Positions 20,082 through 30,313 of a stretch of DNA of 64,000 nt are shown piece after piece; position 1 is the first letter of the stretch, and each line of letters begins with the position of its first letter. The notes under the pieces were generated by a model. The model saw only the letters and a list, made by a program, of their open reading frames with translations, was not told the DNA's origin and ran no database searches. Origin of the DNA: Candidatus Latescibacterota bacterium (lineage in GTDB: Bacteria > Latescibacterota > UBA2968 > UBA8231); the NCBI GenBank assembly GCA_965261395.1, contig OZ253462.1, forward strand, positions 1,280,001 to 1,344,000, written 5' to 3'. Both the position numbers and the translations under genes were made by a program.

Positions 20082-21731
20082 TCAATTTTCCACCAATTCG
20101 TCTGGTAGGGCCTGTTGCAACTGCGACTCATCGATTGTTATTTGCGACGCGTATTTGGATCTCAGCTCTTTAACTAGGGACTCCAATCCCCGATTTTCCC
20201 ACTGTCTGCGCACCAGCGCTCGGGCCCTGCGGCTCGAACTGGCGAACGGTTCGAGCTTACTTTCTGCGCGGCGCAGGACGCGGAACAGGGAAAAACCGTC
20301 GTTGACCTCCACCGGGCCGATCAGTCCTCCCGGTTCAGCGGCCATGATGGCTGGCACCAACTTGGGATAGAGCACCTTTTCGCGCGGATGAAAGTGAAAC
20401 TGGGCCGCGTTCTTGACAGCGCTTTTGCGCTGGCTATGTTCGGCCAACTCGCCGAAGGTGGTCCCGGCCTCCAGTTCCAATTTCACCTGCCGAGCTTCAA
20501 CCTCCGTAGAGAGCAGCAACTCTTCGACCCACGCCGCCGCTTCGTGGTGGAAAAGCTCCGGACGGTTGTCATAAAACTGGCGCGCCTCTTCCTCTGAGAC
20601 GTCAATCTGCTGGGTTATAGCGACCTTTTTCAAGGTCTCCAGCAACGCGTCCTCCAGCCGCTCTTGCTCCAACTGGCGAATTTCCGGTTCGTCGTAGATC
20701 CCAGCTCGCTTGGCCGCTTCCGCCAGCAGGAAGGGACGCAGAATTGTCTTCCTCAGTCCGACGAGAGGGCCGGAGCTATCGGCTAGGACCCGGTAGAGGA
20801 GCATTCGCTGGGAACCCCGCAGCACTTCGCGTAGCGAGATTTCGCCCTTGTCGTAGTGGTATAATCCGCTCGGGTCCGTAGCCAAACGGTCCAGAGCTTT
20901 CGTGCGAAAAGCCTCTACCAGTTTGTTCAGTACCTCCGCGTCCAAGCGCAGTTGGAAAGCCCTCTCCAACTCCTCGAGGTGCTCATCCTCGGCCTGCATT
21001 TCCCGCTCCCTAATCAGGCGCGAGCGAATGAAATCGCCGAATTTGCCAAAATCTCCCGGTCGTTCCTCGGTAAAGCGGACCACGTGCCAGCGGCCGGCTG
21101 CATTAAGGGGTTCGGACACCGCGCCCAGAGGCAGTGTACGGAAAACGTCGAGCGGCACATTGAGTCGCAGGGCCATGTTTGGATCGATAAAGCCCAACTC
21201 ACCACCCTGCTCGGCCGAGCGCTTGTCCAGCGACCGGGTCCGGGCCACTTCTTCAAAGGGTTCCCCGCGCCGCAACTTTTCTGCAACATCGAGAATATCC
21301 TCACGGCTGTCTACCAGAATGGCGTAGAGCTTGCGCTCCACATCGTAGCCTTCCGCGTCGAAGCGATGGCGCACTTCTTCTTCCGTCACTGAAATTTTGG
21401 CATCGATTTCCCGATGCCGATAGAGATTTCGCGCCCGGGCGTCGATGGCGCTTCGGACCGCCGTGCGCACGGCCTCGGTGGTATCCAAGCCACGCGCCCG
21501 GGCTTCCATGAGCAATAGTCGGCCATCCACCAGATCCTGCAAGTAGCGTCTGCGGGCGTCGTCGCCTCGCTCTTCTATGCGCAATCCCTCGGGCAGGTCG
21601 GCGACAAAGGCGCGCAGGGAAGTGGCGGAGATCGAATGCGGGCCCACTTGGGCAACGGCGGGATCTGGTGCTTGGTCGCATCCCGTTGTCACGCCAATAG
21701 CACTTATATACACAACCCACCAAAATTTCAT
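20082..21731 (-). CDS. PpiC/parvulin-type peptidyl-prolyl isomerase lipoprotein (SurA/PrsA-like, two rotamase domains)
   Basis: FEEVARTRSLD..GGELGFI and FGELAEHS..GPVEV motifs; start reassigned to MKFWWVV..TTGC (ORF-track start overlaps upstream gene). Confidence 0.85.
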   Translation of the reverse strand: MKFWWVVYISAIGVTTGCDQAPDPAVAQVGPHSISATSLRAFVADLPEGLRIEERGDDARRRYLQDLVDGRLLLMEARARGLDTTEAVRTAVRSAIDARARNLYRHREIDAKISVTEEEVRHRFDAEGYDVERKLYAILVDSREDILDVAEKLRRGEPFEEVARTRSLDKRSAEQGGELGFIDPNMALRLNVPLDVFRTLPLGAVSEPLNAAGRWHVVRFTEERPGDFGKFGDFIRSRLIREREMQAEDEHLEELERAFQLRLDAEVLNKLVEAFRTKALDRLATDPSGLYHYDKGEISLREVLRGSQRMLLYRVLADSSGPLVGLRKTILRPFLLAEAAKRAGIYDEPEIRQLEQERLEDALLETLKKVAITQQIDVSEEEARQFYDNRPELFHHEAAAWVEELLLSTEVEARQVKLELEAGTTFGELAEHSQRKSAVKNAAQFHFHPREKVLYPKLVPAIMAAEPGGLIGPVEVNDGFSLFRVLRRAESKLEPFASSSRRARALVRRQWENRGLESLVKELRSKYASQITIDESQLQQALPDELVEN

Positions 21732-21805
21732 TAACAAGACCCTCTTCACAGACGAGAAATAGAATCGGGCAAGGACGGGCACTGCACGAGTCGCGGCCTC
21801 GGGAC

Positions 21806-21857
21806 AATAGAAAGCCCCTGTCTCGTTCCAGCGTGGGCTGTCAAACGAAACAGGGGC
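21806..21857 (-). terminator. Intrinsic terminator or stabilising hairpin after the 305-aa gene
   Basis: GCCCCTGTTTCGTT...AACGAGACAGGGGC stem followed by TTTCTATT on minus strand. Confidence 0.65.
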
Positions 21858-21894
21858 GAAACTACTGCTGGGAACGATCGGTCTCCAGATTCGC

Positions 21895-22812
21895 TTATTT
21901 ACCCAACCCGGCTTTGAGCCGTCCCCAACTGACTTCCTCAACCGCCGTCGAGGCATCGCCGATGGCCTCGATGAGCAGCGGGTCCAGTTCTGCCATAGCC
22001 AGATCCGTGCTCGACTTGCAGCAAGGAGCGTCGGTGCTCAAGCCCCAGAAGCTCTGGTAGTTATCCTCGCCACCCGGCTCGTCGATATCGCCGACGTTGG
22101 GGGTGAAGTGGATAATAGTCCCCTCTTCGAGGTCTAGGAATTCCGAACCTTCGAGGGAGGAGGCTTCGTCCCTCGAGAGCGACAGCACTGGGATAATGGC
22201 CATCTCGTAATAATAGGTGCTCTCACCGAACATCTCGCCGTCGAAGCTCCAGCCGAAGTTGATGTAATCGGTGCCATCTTGGAACCAGGTGTAGTTGCCG
22301 ATGGGTTCGAGGTATTGGTACTGACCCTCGATCGGGGGCACCGTCCACTTGTAGCTAATATTGACGCCGGGCTGGTCTGCTATTCGCTGCTCTTCGACGC
22401 CGACATGCGAAGCGTTGACCTCGATTTCCAGCGCGTCGTCGTCCCAGAACCGCGCCACGTCCTCGCGGTCGACATTGTGGATATTGTCGAAAACCTCGCT
22501 CATGAAATAGAGCTTGTTCTGGCTCTCGTTCCAGCCGACTACGTGGTGCATATTCAGGTCACTCGGATCCTGCGAACCGCGCGCCGCAGTCAGAATGCTG
22601 GGATCGGGAGCCACCAAGCGATCGTTGCGAATGCGATAGGGGGTTTCCGGCACTACGTCCCATTCCGATATATCGCCATCGATTTGGGGAATGTAGTTGT
22701 CCGGGAACTGAACGGCGAAGAAGATTTCGCCTTCAGGAGTATGGGCACTGGCGGTTGTAGCTATACCCAAGGCAAATACGCAAACTAGACCTACAATTGC
22801 TTTCTTGCTCAT
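21895..22812 (-). CDS. Secreted acidic protein, CBM9/DOMON-like fold, C-terminal TAVEEVSWGRLK motif
   Basis: Signal peptide, PQIDGDISEW..LYF..V.D..DDALEI pattern, strong GAGGAGG RBS. Confidence 0.75.
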   Translation of the reverse strand: MSKKAIVGLVCVFALGIATTASAHTPEGEIFFAVQFPDNYIPQIDGDISEWDVVPETPYRIRNDRLVAPDPSILTAARGSQDPSDLNMHHVVGWNESQNKLYFMSEVFDNIHNVDREDVARFWDDDALEIEVNASHVGVEEQRIADQPGVNISYKWTVPPIEGQYQYLEPIGNYTWFQDGTDYINFGWSFDGEMFGESTYYYEMAIIPVLSLSRDEASSLEGSEFLDLEEGTIIHFTPNVGDIDEPGGEDNYQSFWGLSTDAPCCKSSTDLAMAELDPLLIEAIGDASTAVEEVSWGRLKAGLGK

Positions 22813-23258
22813 TTTTACCTCCTCAAAGGACCGTGGAAGATAACAGAGAAATATTCCAAACGCGAAGTTCGATCATCACCTCCTTGAGCTAAAAAGCACT
22901 ACTACATTACGTATCGCGTATTTTCTGAAAATATAGGCCTCATTGTACGCAGGCGATAGCAAATTGTCAAATTTTATCTTTTCTCTTTACTCCGCGATCT
23001 CCGACAGCGTATTTAGTCGAGCTGCGGGTTGATTGCGGCGGCGGCCTGACCGAGTGTTTCCCTAGGGACCAGCAGCGGCTGCACTGTTCATACTCTACCC
23101 GTCTCCGCCCTCGTTCCATCTCCCGTGCGGACGATTGGATATTCGCCGATCAATCCGTATCTTTTCGCCATCTCGCTGTCGGCCTTTTAATAGCATCTCA
23201 AAAATATATCAAAAAATGGGGCCGTCGTCAGCAGTACGCTCCCGTACGGGAACGCCCT

Positions 23259-24794
23259 ATGAGTTCACTCTTCGCCACTAACTTCACCGCTCTCGATTGG
23301 CTTATCGTCGCCGCCTATTTGAGCCTGACGGTACTCATCGGCATCGCGGCCAATCGATTCATACACAGCGTCAGCAACTACATGGTTGGGGGCCGTTCGG
23401 TCGGCGCGGCGCTGAATTCCGCTACCTATATGGGCACCCTCACGGCACTGTCGGTCGTCATGTACTCCGGGCTCGACGGGTTTACGCGCGGCTTTTCCTA
23501 CATGATGGTGCCGCTGATCGCTATGCTCGGCGTCCTCGTCTGCGGCTCGACCGGCTTCGTGGTAAAGCACCTGCGCCAGCTCGACCTGACGACGATCCCC
23601 GAGTATTTTGAGGTGCGCTACAACCGTCGGGTGCGGATTACAGCCGGCATCATCTGCGTCGCCGCTGGTATCATCAACATGGGCCTCTTCCCCAAGGTCG
23701 GGGCCATCTTCATTACCTACACCACCGGGTTGGCCGCTTCCAGCGACGACCCGGAAACCCTAGTCAATATCATTACCTCCGCCTTGATCGTGCTGGTGCT
23801 GTTCTACACCATACTCGGGGGCATGGTCTCGGTGATCCTGACCGACTTCATGCAGTACATAGTCATCTCAATCGGCATCCTCATCGGACTCTACTTCTGC
23901 TTTTCGCTCCCCGGCATGAGCTGGGACAGCATGGTCCAGCTACAGGCCGAAGCAAGGGGCGTGGCTGCCTTCAACCCCTTCCACGAGGATTCCTACGGCT
24001 GGACCTATATGATCTGGCAGGTCCTCCTGATCACCACCGCCGTCATCGCTTGGGCACCCGAGGCTGGTCGGATGTTGACCGCCGAAGACCCCAAAGCGAC
24101 CATGCGCACCTTTCTTTTAGGCAGCCCGGCTTGGATCGTCGGCTGGGCCATCCCCGCCCTCTGGGGCATAGCCGCCTTCACTGCCTTTGCCGCCGACGCG
24201 CAACTCTCGGCTTACTTCATGCCCCAAGGGCCGGCCGGCCAAAGCGAAAACGCGATCAACGCCCTACCCCTCTTCCTAGGCAAAATCATTCCCACCGGCC
24301 TACTTGGGTTTTTCACCGCGGGCATGTTGGCGGCCTTCATGTCGACCCACGACAGCTATTTTCTCTGTTGGGCCTCGGTCATCGTCCGCGACATCGTCAA
24401 TCCGCTGCGCCAGTCCCCCCTCGACGACCGGGCCCAAATCCGCGTCACCCGTATCATCATCCTAGTCATCGGTGCGTTCCTCCTAGCTTGGGGCGTATGG
24501 TACGATTTGCCCGACAGCGTCTGGACCTATATGGCGATCACCGGCAATATCTTTCTCAGCGGCGCGGGTGTCATTATCATTGGCGGCATCTACTGGCCGA
24601 AGGCTTCGAGTACCGGTGCTCTGATCGCGATGCTCGTGGGATTGAGTTCCATCGCAGGCCTTTTCCCCGGGCCCATCCAAGAGGTCGCGCCCTGGGCCAC
24701 CGCAGGCGTCTTGGGCGCTAGCAGCTACGTCCTCTGCGCCGTGACCTTCGTCATTTTTTCCCTACTCTACCCCGACCCGCCGGAGACCGTCTGA
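23259..24794 (+). CDS. Sodium:solute symporter family protein
   Basis: YMVGGRS, TIPEYFEVRY, YTILGGMVSVILTD, GMLAAFMST motifs; many TM helices. Confidence 0.93.
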   Translation: MSSLFATNFTALDWLIVAAYLSLTVLIGIAANRFIHSVSNYMVGGRSVGAALNSATYMGTLTALSVVMYSGLDGFTRGFSYMMVPLIAMLGVLVCGSTGFVVKHLRQLDLTTIPEYFEVRYNRRVRITAGIICVAAGIINMGLFPKVGAIFITYTTGLAASSDDPETLVNIITSALIVLVLFYTILGGMVSVILTDFMQYIVISIGILIGLYFCFSLPGMSWDSMVQLQAEARGVAAFNPFHEDSYGWTYMIWQVLLITTAVIAWAPEAGRMLTAEDPKATMRTFLLGSPAWIVGWAIPALWGIAAFTAFAADAQLSAYFMPQGPAGQSENAINALPLFLGKIIPTGLLGFFTAGMLAAFMSTHDSYFLCWASVIVRDIVNPLRQSPLDDRAQIRVTRIIILVIGAFLLAWGVWYDLPDSVWTYMAITGNIFLSGAGVIIIGGIYWPKASSTGALIAMLVGLSSIAGLFPGPIQEVAPWATAGVLGASSYVLCAVTFVIFSLLYPDPPETV

Positions 24795-24952
24795 TGGAAG
24801 CGTGGATCGCGTTCTGGAAATTTGTACTCGGCGGTGGCGTGGCCGTCTACTACCTGATGGCTTTGTTCCTCGTGCCGTTGGCCTTCCGCGACGTGCTCGC
24901 CCTGATCCGCAAACTCGGCCGCGGAAGCGACCGCGCCGCCGATGAGGATTAA
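24794..24952 (+). CDS. Small 52-aa membrane protein coupled to the symporter
   Basis: TGATG overlap with symporter stop; MEAWIAFWKFVLGGGVAVYYLMALFLVPLAFRDVLALIRKLGRGSDRAADED. Confidence 0.7.
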   Translation: MEAWIAFWKFVLGGGVAVYYLMALFLVPLAFRDVLALIRKLGRGSDRAADED

Positions 24953-25091
24953 CGGACCGGTAGCATGGCTGCGGGGGATGAAGTCAGTATCTAGGCGCTA
25001 CGCTGCGACCGAACTCGCGGTATGGGCGCTACGCTGCTGGACAAGGAGATCTTTGCCTACGAGGCGGCCTATCGCCGGCTGGGTGCCGTAA

Positions 25092-26099
25092 TCAGCGGGC
25101 GTACTCATCCACTATCTGCTGCACCTTGACTAGATCCACATCGCCCCCATCGCGGGGAAAATCGTAGGGTAAGAGCCACCAGTCTTCAGTGAAGGACGCC
25201 ACTTCGCCCGGATCCAAGATCTCTTTCGGGCCGAAAGGCTCAAGTTCGCACATTTCGTCCTCGAAATACCACAACACCACCGTGTAGGCTCCGATGTCGG
25301 GGTACATCCTTTCCGGGAAGGTCGGAAAGCGCTTGACGAAAAGGAGGTCGTTCCGCATCAGGTAGCCGAACCAGCCCGCGTACGAGTCCACGGCGATCCA
25401 AGGCTCTATGGGTGTATCGACGATTTCGAGGAAGTTGTCCCGCACGCGGATATTGGGATCCTCCGGCTCGTAGTTGATGATCGGACCCGGCCCGAAGACG
25501 ATGTACTTCCTAGGAAAGCGGTTGAAGTGGTCCCCTAGGGGCACCAAGCAGATCCCTCGGCCTTGGCCGAAGGTCCGGCTCCAATGGTTGCGCTCTATGG
25601 TCTCGCCAGAGATGTTTTTGATCAGTTGGGTGCAGGAAAGATGCGACGACTCCGCGTCGAGCTCGAACTCACGCATGAGTTGGGTACCCGTGGCTTTGTC
25701 CTTGACGCTGACCATCCGGGCGCGACGCGGTCCGAGGAGTTCACCCTCCCACTTGCCGACCCACAGATCTGGATGTGGGGGCAGTACCAGCTCGGGACCG
25801 ATGTCGAAACGCCCCCCGCTTGGATCGATCTGGGGCTTGTCTGGATCGTAGATCCAGCCTTCGTGGTCGGGATTGAGGTAGATGGCGTTCTCATCCTTCC
25901 ACGAGTACTCGAGCACACGTCCACCGTGAAGCCCCAAAACGACGCGGACATTCTCGTTTACTAGTTCAATACAGTCGGCATAGCCGAAATAGTCAATCCA
26001 ACCCGTGCCTTCAGGCATGTCCTCTGCTCCGGAATCTTGAGGTGAACATATCAACGCCCACACCACCGTGAGCATGGGGAGCATTCGGTGTGGTTTCAT
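25092..26099 (-). CDS. Secreted hypothetical protein, DUF4380/galactose-mutarotase-like
   Basis: Signal peptide; GGRVLEYS, C-terminal ELEPFGP..L.PGE..F.EDW pattern; AGGAGG RBS. Confidence 0.65.
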   Translation of the reverse strand: MKPHRMLPMLTVVWALICSPQDSGAEDMPEGTGWIDYFGYADCIELVNENVRVVLGLHGGRVLEYSWKDENAIYLNPDHEGWIYDPDKPQIDPSGGRFDIGPELVLPPHPDLWVGKWEGELLGPRRARMVSVKDKATGTQLMREFELDAESSHLSCTQLIKNISGETIERNHWSRTFGQGRGICLVPLGDHFNRFPRKYIVFGPGPIINYEPEDPNIRVRDNFLEIVDTPIEPWIAVDSYAGWFGYLMRNDLLFVKRFPTFPERMYPDIGAYTVVLWYFEDEMCELEPFGPKEILDPGEVASFTEDWWLLPYDFPRDGGDVDLVKVQQIVDEYAR

Positions 26100-26410
26100 C
26101 TCTTTACCTCCTTAGGGGAAATGGACGCGATTTAGCTGCCTAGCACCGCAGGGCACAGGTCGCGTCGGTCAAAGGATAGGCCTTCTACGGGAGCTTTCCA
26201 AACGCGCATTGCAACAGAGCCACTCTGCAGCACCGGCGACCCGTGGAAGGGCGAACAAACCTTTGGACATGTCTATAATATCTATGTTTCGCGTTAGTAT
26301 GTTCTGCTATCACCTCTTGTATACGCAGACCTTGTGCGCCGAATGCCATACAGCAAGATTAACCTGCGATATCTGGGCGTCGGCGCGACTACGCATATAA
26401 AGGGTGGGAT

Positions 26411-28375
26411 ATGAGTGAGCCGAACGAAAATGCATCGGGCCTGACCCTCCGGGCTTTCGTGGTAGGCGCACTGCTGTCGGCCTGTATCGGCGCTGGGGCG
26501 TGTTACGGAGCCAACGTCATCGGCGGCTCTCTGATCTCCGTGAACTTCACCACTGGAGCCGCGCTTTTTCTATTCTTCTTTTTGGTCGGAGGCGTCAACT
26601 CCTTTTTGCGGATAGTCTATCGGCCCTTCGCGTTCACTGGCGGGGAGTTGGCGACCATTTACGTCATGATGATGGTCGCCTGCGCCATTCCGACGGTTGG
26701 GCTCATGGGCTATCTGCCCCCCCTATTGACCGCGCCCTACTACTACGCGACCCCTGAAAACGACTGGGCGACCATTATCCAGCCGCATATCCAATCTTGG
26801 CTGGTCCCTGACCCTGGCACAGCCAAAGCGTTTTTTGAAGGACTGCCCAAGGGAGCCTCGATCCCCTGGCAGGTGTGGATCTTCCCGCTCCTGGCTTGGA
26901 GCGCGTTCTTCTTTGCCCTTTACTTCGCAATGATCTGCATGATCGTGATCCTCCGCAAACAGTGGATGGATAATGAGCGATTGATCTACCCCATCGTCCA
27001 AGTGCCTCTGGATATCATCAAAGGGGAAGACGCACCCGGCTATATCAACTCCTTCTTCAAGAGCAAGTTGATGTGGGCGGGCTTCCTCATCCCCTTCGTC
27101 ATCCAGTCCCTGAATGCCCTCCACAACTACTACGCCTACCTACCGAGTATTCAGTTGAGCTATGGCCTGCCCATTTTCCGTAACACCATGACTATCCCCT
27201 TCTTCCTCAGCTTCCCAACAATCGGCTTTTCTTATCTGATCAACCTAGACATCGCCTTCGGACTCTGGTTCTTCAGCCTCGTCGCTGTCCTCGAAAAAGG
27301 GCTTTTCAACGTCATCGGCTTCCACAGCACCGAACAGAGCAGCATCTACGGTGTGGGCGACTATCCCTATCTGGCCCATCAGGGCATGGGTGCGATGATC
27401 GTGCTCGTATTGTTCGGCCTGTGGGCGGGACGCAAGCATTTGAAAGGCGTCTGGAGGACGGTGCTAGGCAAGGATGGCGGAGAGGACGACAGCGGCGAGA
27501 TCCTCTCGTACCGAGGTGCGGTGTTGGGCATGCTGGGAGCGCTCGCGGCCATGGCCTTCTGGCTCTGGTTGTCCGGGTTCTCCTCGTGGTGGATGATCGT
27601 GCTTTTCCTGTTTGGCACCTTCGTCATCTACCTAGGCCTGACGCGCATCGTGGCCCAGGGTGGAGTAGCCGTGGCACGCTCCCCGATGATCGCCTCGGAC
27701 TTTGTCATCCTCAGCGTGGGCAGCACCGCGCTCGGTTCGGCGGATCTGGTGTCCTTGGCTTTTACCTATATCTGGTCCGCCGACATAAGCACCTTCGTCA
27801 TGGCCTCTTCTGCCAACGGACTGAAGCTGGCTTCCGACGCGGGGGTCGGCAAGCGCAAGCGGCTCCTGTTCTGGGCGATGCTGCTGTCGATCACGGTGAC
27901 GCTGGCGGCTTCCTTCTGGGTGCTTACTCGCGAGAGTTACCTACACGGAGGCATCAACTTCGTCGGCCAAGGCGGCTGGAGTTTCGACGCAGGTGCGCGC
28001 TATCCCTTCGAATACGTGAGCCGAGCGATAATGACGCCGGCCGAGACCGATACTGGGGGTTGGATCTTCACAGGGGTGGGGGCGTCTGTGATGGGCTTGC
28101 TCATGGTCGCCCGGCGGCACTACCTTTGGTGGCCCCTGCATCCGCTGGGGTACCCGATCAGCGTAATTGGCTACCCCGTGCTGACCGTCTGGTGCAGCGT
28201 CTTTTTGGCCTGGCTCTGCAAACTGGTCATTATGAAATACGGCGGGCCTAGGCTTTTCAGGAAAAGCCGTCCTTTCTTTTTAGGATTGATCGCCGGCCAA
28301 TTTGTCGTCGCCGGCATCTGGTTAATCATAGACCATTTCACGGGCATGATCGGCAACCAATTGGGACTCACCTAG
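26411..28375 (+). CDS. DUF6785/DUF6784-type polytopic membrane protein (putative peptide transporter)
   Basis: LRKQWMDNERLIYP, WWPLHPLGY, RPFFLGLIAG motifs; many TM helices. Confidence 0.75.
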   Translation: MSEPNENASGLTLRAFVVGALLSACIGAGACYGANVIGGSLISVNFTTGAALFLFFFLVGGVNSFLRIVYRPFAFTGGELATIYVMMMVACAIPTVGLMGYLPPLLTAPYYYATPENDWATIIQPHIQSWLVPDPGTAKAFFEGLPKGASIPWQVWIFPLLAWSAFFFALYFAMICMIVILRKQWMDNERLIYPIVQVPLDIIKGEDAPGYINSFFKSKLMWAGFLIPFVIQSLNALHNYYAYLPSIQLSYGLPIFRNTMTIPFFLSFPTIGFSYLINLDIAFGLWFFSLVAVLEKGLFNVIGFHSTEQSSIYGVGDYPYLAHQGMGAMIVLVLFGLWAGRKHLKGVWRTVLGKDGGEDDSGEILSYRGAVLGMLGALAAMAFWLWLSGFSSWWMIVLFLFGTFVIYLGLTRIVAQGGVAVARSPMIASDFVILSVGSTALGSADLVSLAFTYIWSADISTFVMASSANGLKLASDAGVGKRKRLLFWAMLLSITVTLAASFWVLTRESYLHGGINFVGQGGWSFDAGARYPFEYVSRAIMTPAETDTGGWIFTGVGASVMGLLMVARRHYLWWPLHPLGYPISVIGYPVLTVWCSVFLAWLCKLVIMKYGGPRLFRKSRPFFLGLIAGQFVVAGIWLIIDHFTGMIGNQLGLT

Positions 28376-28423
28376 TGTGTTGTCCTATAATTGTCTCGAA
28401 AAATTTTACAGGCACTGGCAATA

Positions 28424-29473
28424 ATGGGCGAGCGCATCCGCGGCTTTGGCAGCGACAATCACGCCGGGGTCCACCCCGAGGTCATGGCGGCCTTACAGCG
28501 AGTCAACGTGGGGCACGTGCATTCCTATGGGGACGATCCCCACACTGTTGAAGCCGTGGCGCTTTTTCGGGAGGTGTTGGGCGCGGAGGTAGAGGTTTTC
28601 TTTGCATTCAATGGCACCGGAGCCAATGTTACAGCCCTCTCCGCGCTCACGCGCTTTTACGACGCGGTGATCTGCTCGGACACCGCTCATCTCCACATCG
28701 ACGAATGCGGTGCCCCCGAACAGGTGGCCGGCGTCAAGCTCCTGCCTGCGCCTGCGCCCGACGGCAAAATCACGCCCGAAGGGATAGCCGCCCACATTGC
28801 GGCTCGCGGCGACGAGCACCAAGTGCGTCCCCGCGTGGTGTCGATTACTCAGGCCACCGAATTGGGCACCGTCTATGCGCCCAGCGAGATCCGCGCCCTC
28901 GCCGACTGCGCCCACGAGCACGGGTTGCTCCTGCATGTCGATGGAGCGCGGATCGCCAACGCAGCGGTGGGCTTGGGCCTAGGACTGCGGGAAATCACCG
29001 GGGATTGCGGGGTTGATGTGCTGTCGTTTGGCGGCACCAAGAACGGCCTGATGCTGGGAGAAGCCGTAGTCTTTTTTAAGCCTGAGTTGGCCGAGGACTA
29101 TCGCCGTGCGCGCAAGCAGGGTATGCAACTGGCCTCTAAGATGCGCTTTGTCGCCGCGCAATTTACGGCCCTGCTGACCGACGACCTGTGGCGTCGGAGT
29201 GCCCAGCACGCCAACGCCATGGCGCAGGTGCTGGCCGAGCGAGTGCGGCCCATTCGCGGGGTGGAGGTGATTTACCCAGTGCAGGCCAACGCCGTCTTCG
29301 CCCGGTTGCCGACAGAAGTGATCCCCATTTTGCAGCAGGAGTTCTTCTTTTATCCCTGGAATGCCACGCGAGGTGAGGTGCGTTGGATGACCTCGTTCGA
29401 CACTGAGACGGAAGATATAGAGGCATTTGCGACGCTGATTGAATCCACTATGACAGAAAGGAACGCATCGTGA
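28424..29473 (+). CDS. ltaE: Low-specificity L-threonine aldolase
   Basis: FGSDNHAG, NGTGANV, HIDECGAPE, LHVDGARIANA, SFGGTKNG (PLP lysine), QLASKMRF. Confidence 0.92.
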   Translation: MGERIRGFGSDNHAGVHPEVMAALQRVNVGHVHSYGDDPHTVEAVALFREVLGAEVEVFFAFNGTGANVTALSALTRFYDAVICSDTAHLHIDECGAPEQVAGVKLLPAPAPDGKITPEGIAAHIAARGDEHQVRPRVVSITQATELGTVYAPSEIRALADCAHEHGLLLHVDGARIANAAVGLGLGLREITGDCGVDVLSFGGTKNGLMLGEAVVFFKPELAEDYRRARKQGMQLASKMRFVAAQFTALLTDDLWRRSAQHANAMAQVLAERVRPIRGVEVIYPVQANAVFARLPTEVIPILQQEFFFYPWNATRGEVRWMTSFDTETEDIEAFATLIESTMTERNAS

Positions 29474-30303
29474 TCATCGACACCCATACCCACTTCTACG
29501 ATCCCACGCGGTCCGAAGGAGTGCCTTGGCCACCGGCTGACAACGAATTGCTCTACCGCACGGTATTGCCCGAGCACCACCGCGCCCTTGCCGCGCCCGA
29601 AGGGGTGACCGGGACGGTGGTAGTGGAAGCTAGTGCGTGGTTGGCGGATAATCAGTGGATTCTGGATTTGGCCGCTGCCGACCCTTGGATCGTCGGGCTG
29701 GTGGGCCACGTCGATCCCAACCGAGAGGACTTCAAAAGCGACATCGACCGCCTTGCAGCGAACGCGCTCTTCCGCGGCATTCGCTGCGGCAGCGGGTATT
29801 TTGCCGACTTGGAGGCTGGGTCTTTTCTCGCCGACATAGAGCATCTCGTCGCACGGGATTTGCAGCTCGACGCGCTAGTGGGGCCGGCGGACTTGGGCCA
29901 AGTGGCCGAACTGGCCCGGCGACTGCCCGAATTGCGCATCGTCATCAATCACTGCGGTGGAGTGGGGACCGACGGTGGTGATCCCGATCCGGCGTGGTTG
30001 GACGCCATGGCTCAAGCAGCCGAGCAACCGCAAGTCTTTATGAAGGTTTCGGCGATCATGGAACAAAGCAGGGTAGATCCGGTGCCGGAAGAGCTGGACT
30101 TTTATCGCCCGATCCTCGACGCGATGTGGGACGCCTTTGGCGCAGACCGCGTGATCTACGGCAGCAATTGGCCCGTCAGGGACCGGGCGGGGAGTTTTAA
30201 GGCCGCCATCTCCATCGTCAAAGCGTACTTTGGCGAAAAGGGCGTGGCGGAGAAGTACCTCTGGCAAAACGGCAAGATCGCCTACAAGTGGTTAGACCGC
30301 TAA
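29470..30303 (+). CDS. Amidohydrolase_2 family protein (L-fuconolactonase-like)
   Basis: IIDTHTH, VINHCG, FGADRVIYGSNWPV. Confidence 0.88.
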   Translation: MIIDTHTHFYDPTRSEGVPWPPADNELLYRTVLPEHHRALAAPEGVTGTVVVEASAWLADNQWILDLAAADPWIVGLVGHVDPNREDFKSDIDRLAANALFRGIRCGSGYFADLEAGSFLADIEHLVARDLQLDALVGPADLGQVAELARRLPELRIVINHCGGVGTDGGDPDPAWLDAMAQAAEQPQVFMKVSAIMEQSRVDPVPEELDFYRPILDAMWDAFGADRVIYGSNWPVRDRAGSFKAAISIVKAYFGEKGVAEKYLWQNGKIAYKWLDR

Positions 30304-30313
30304 GGAGGCCATT

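Noticed and set aside
24990-25045. Short direct repeat GGCGCTACGCTGC x2
   Set aside because: Only two copies in a short intergenic stretch; no supportable function
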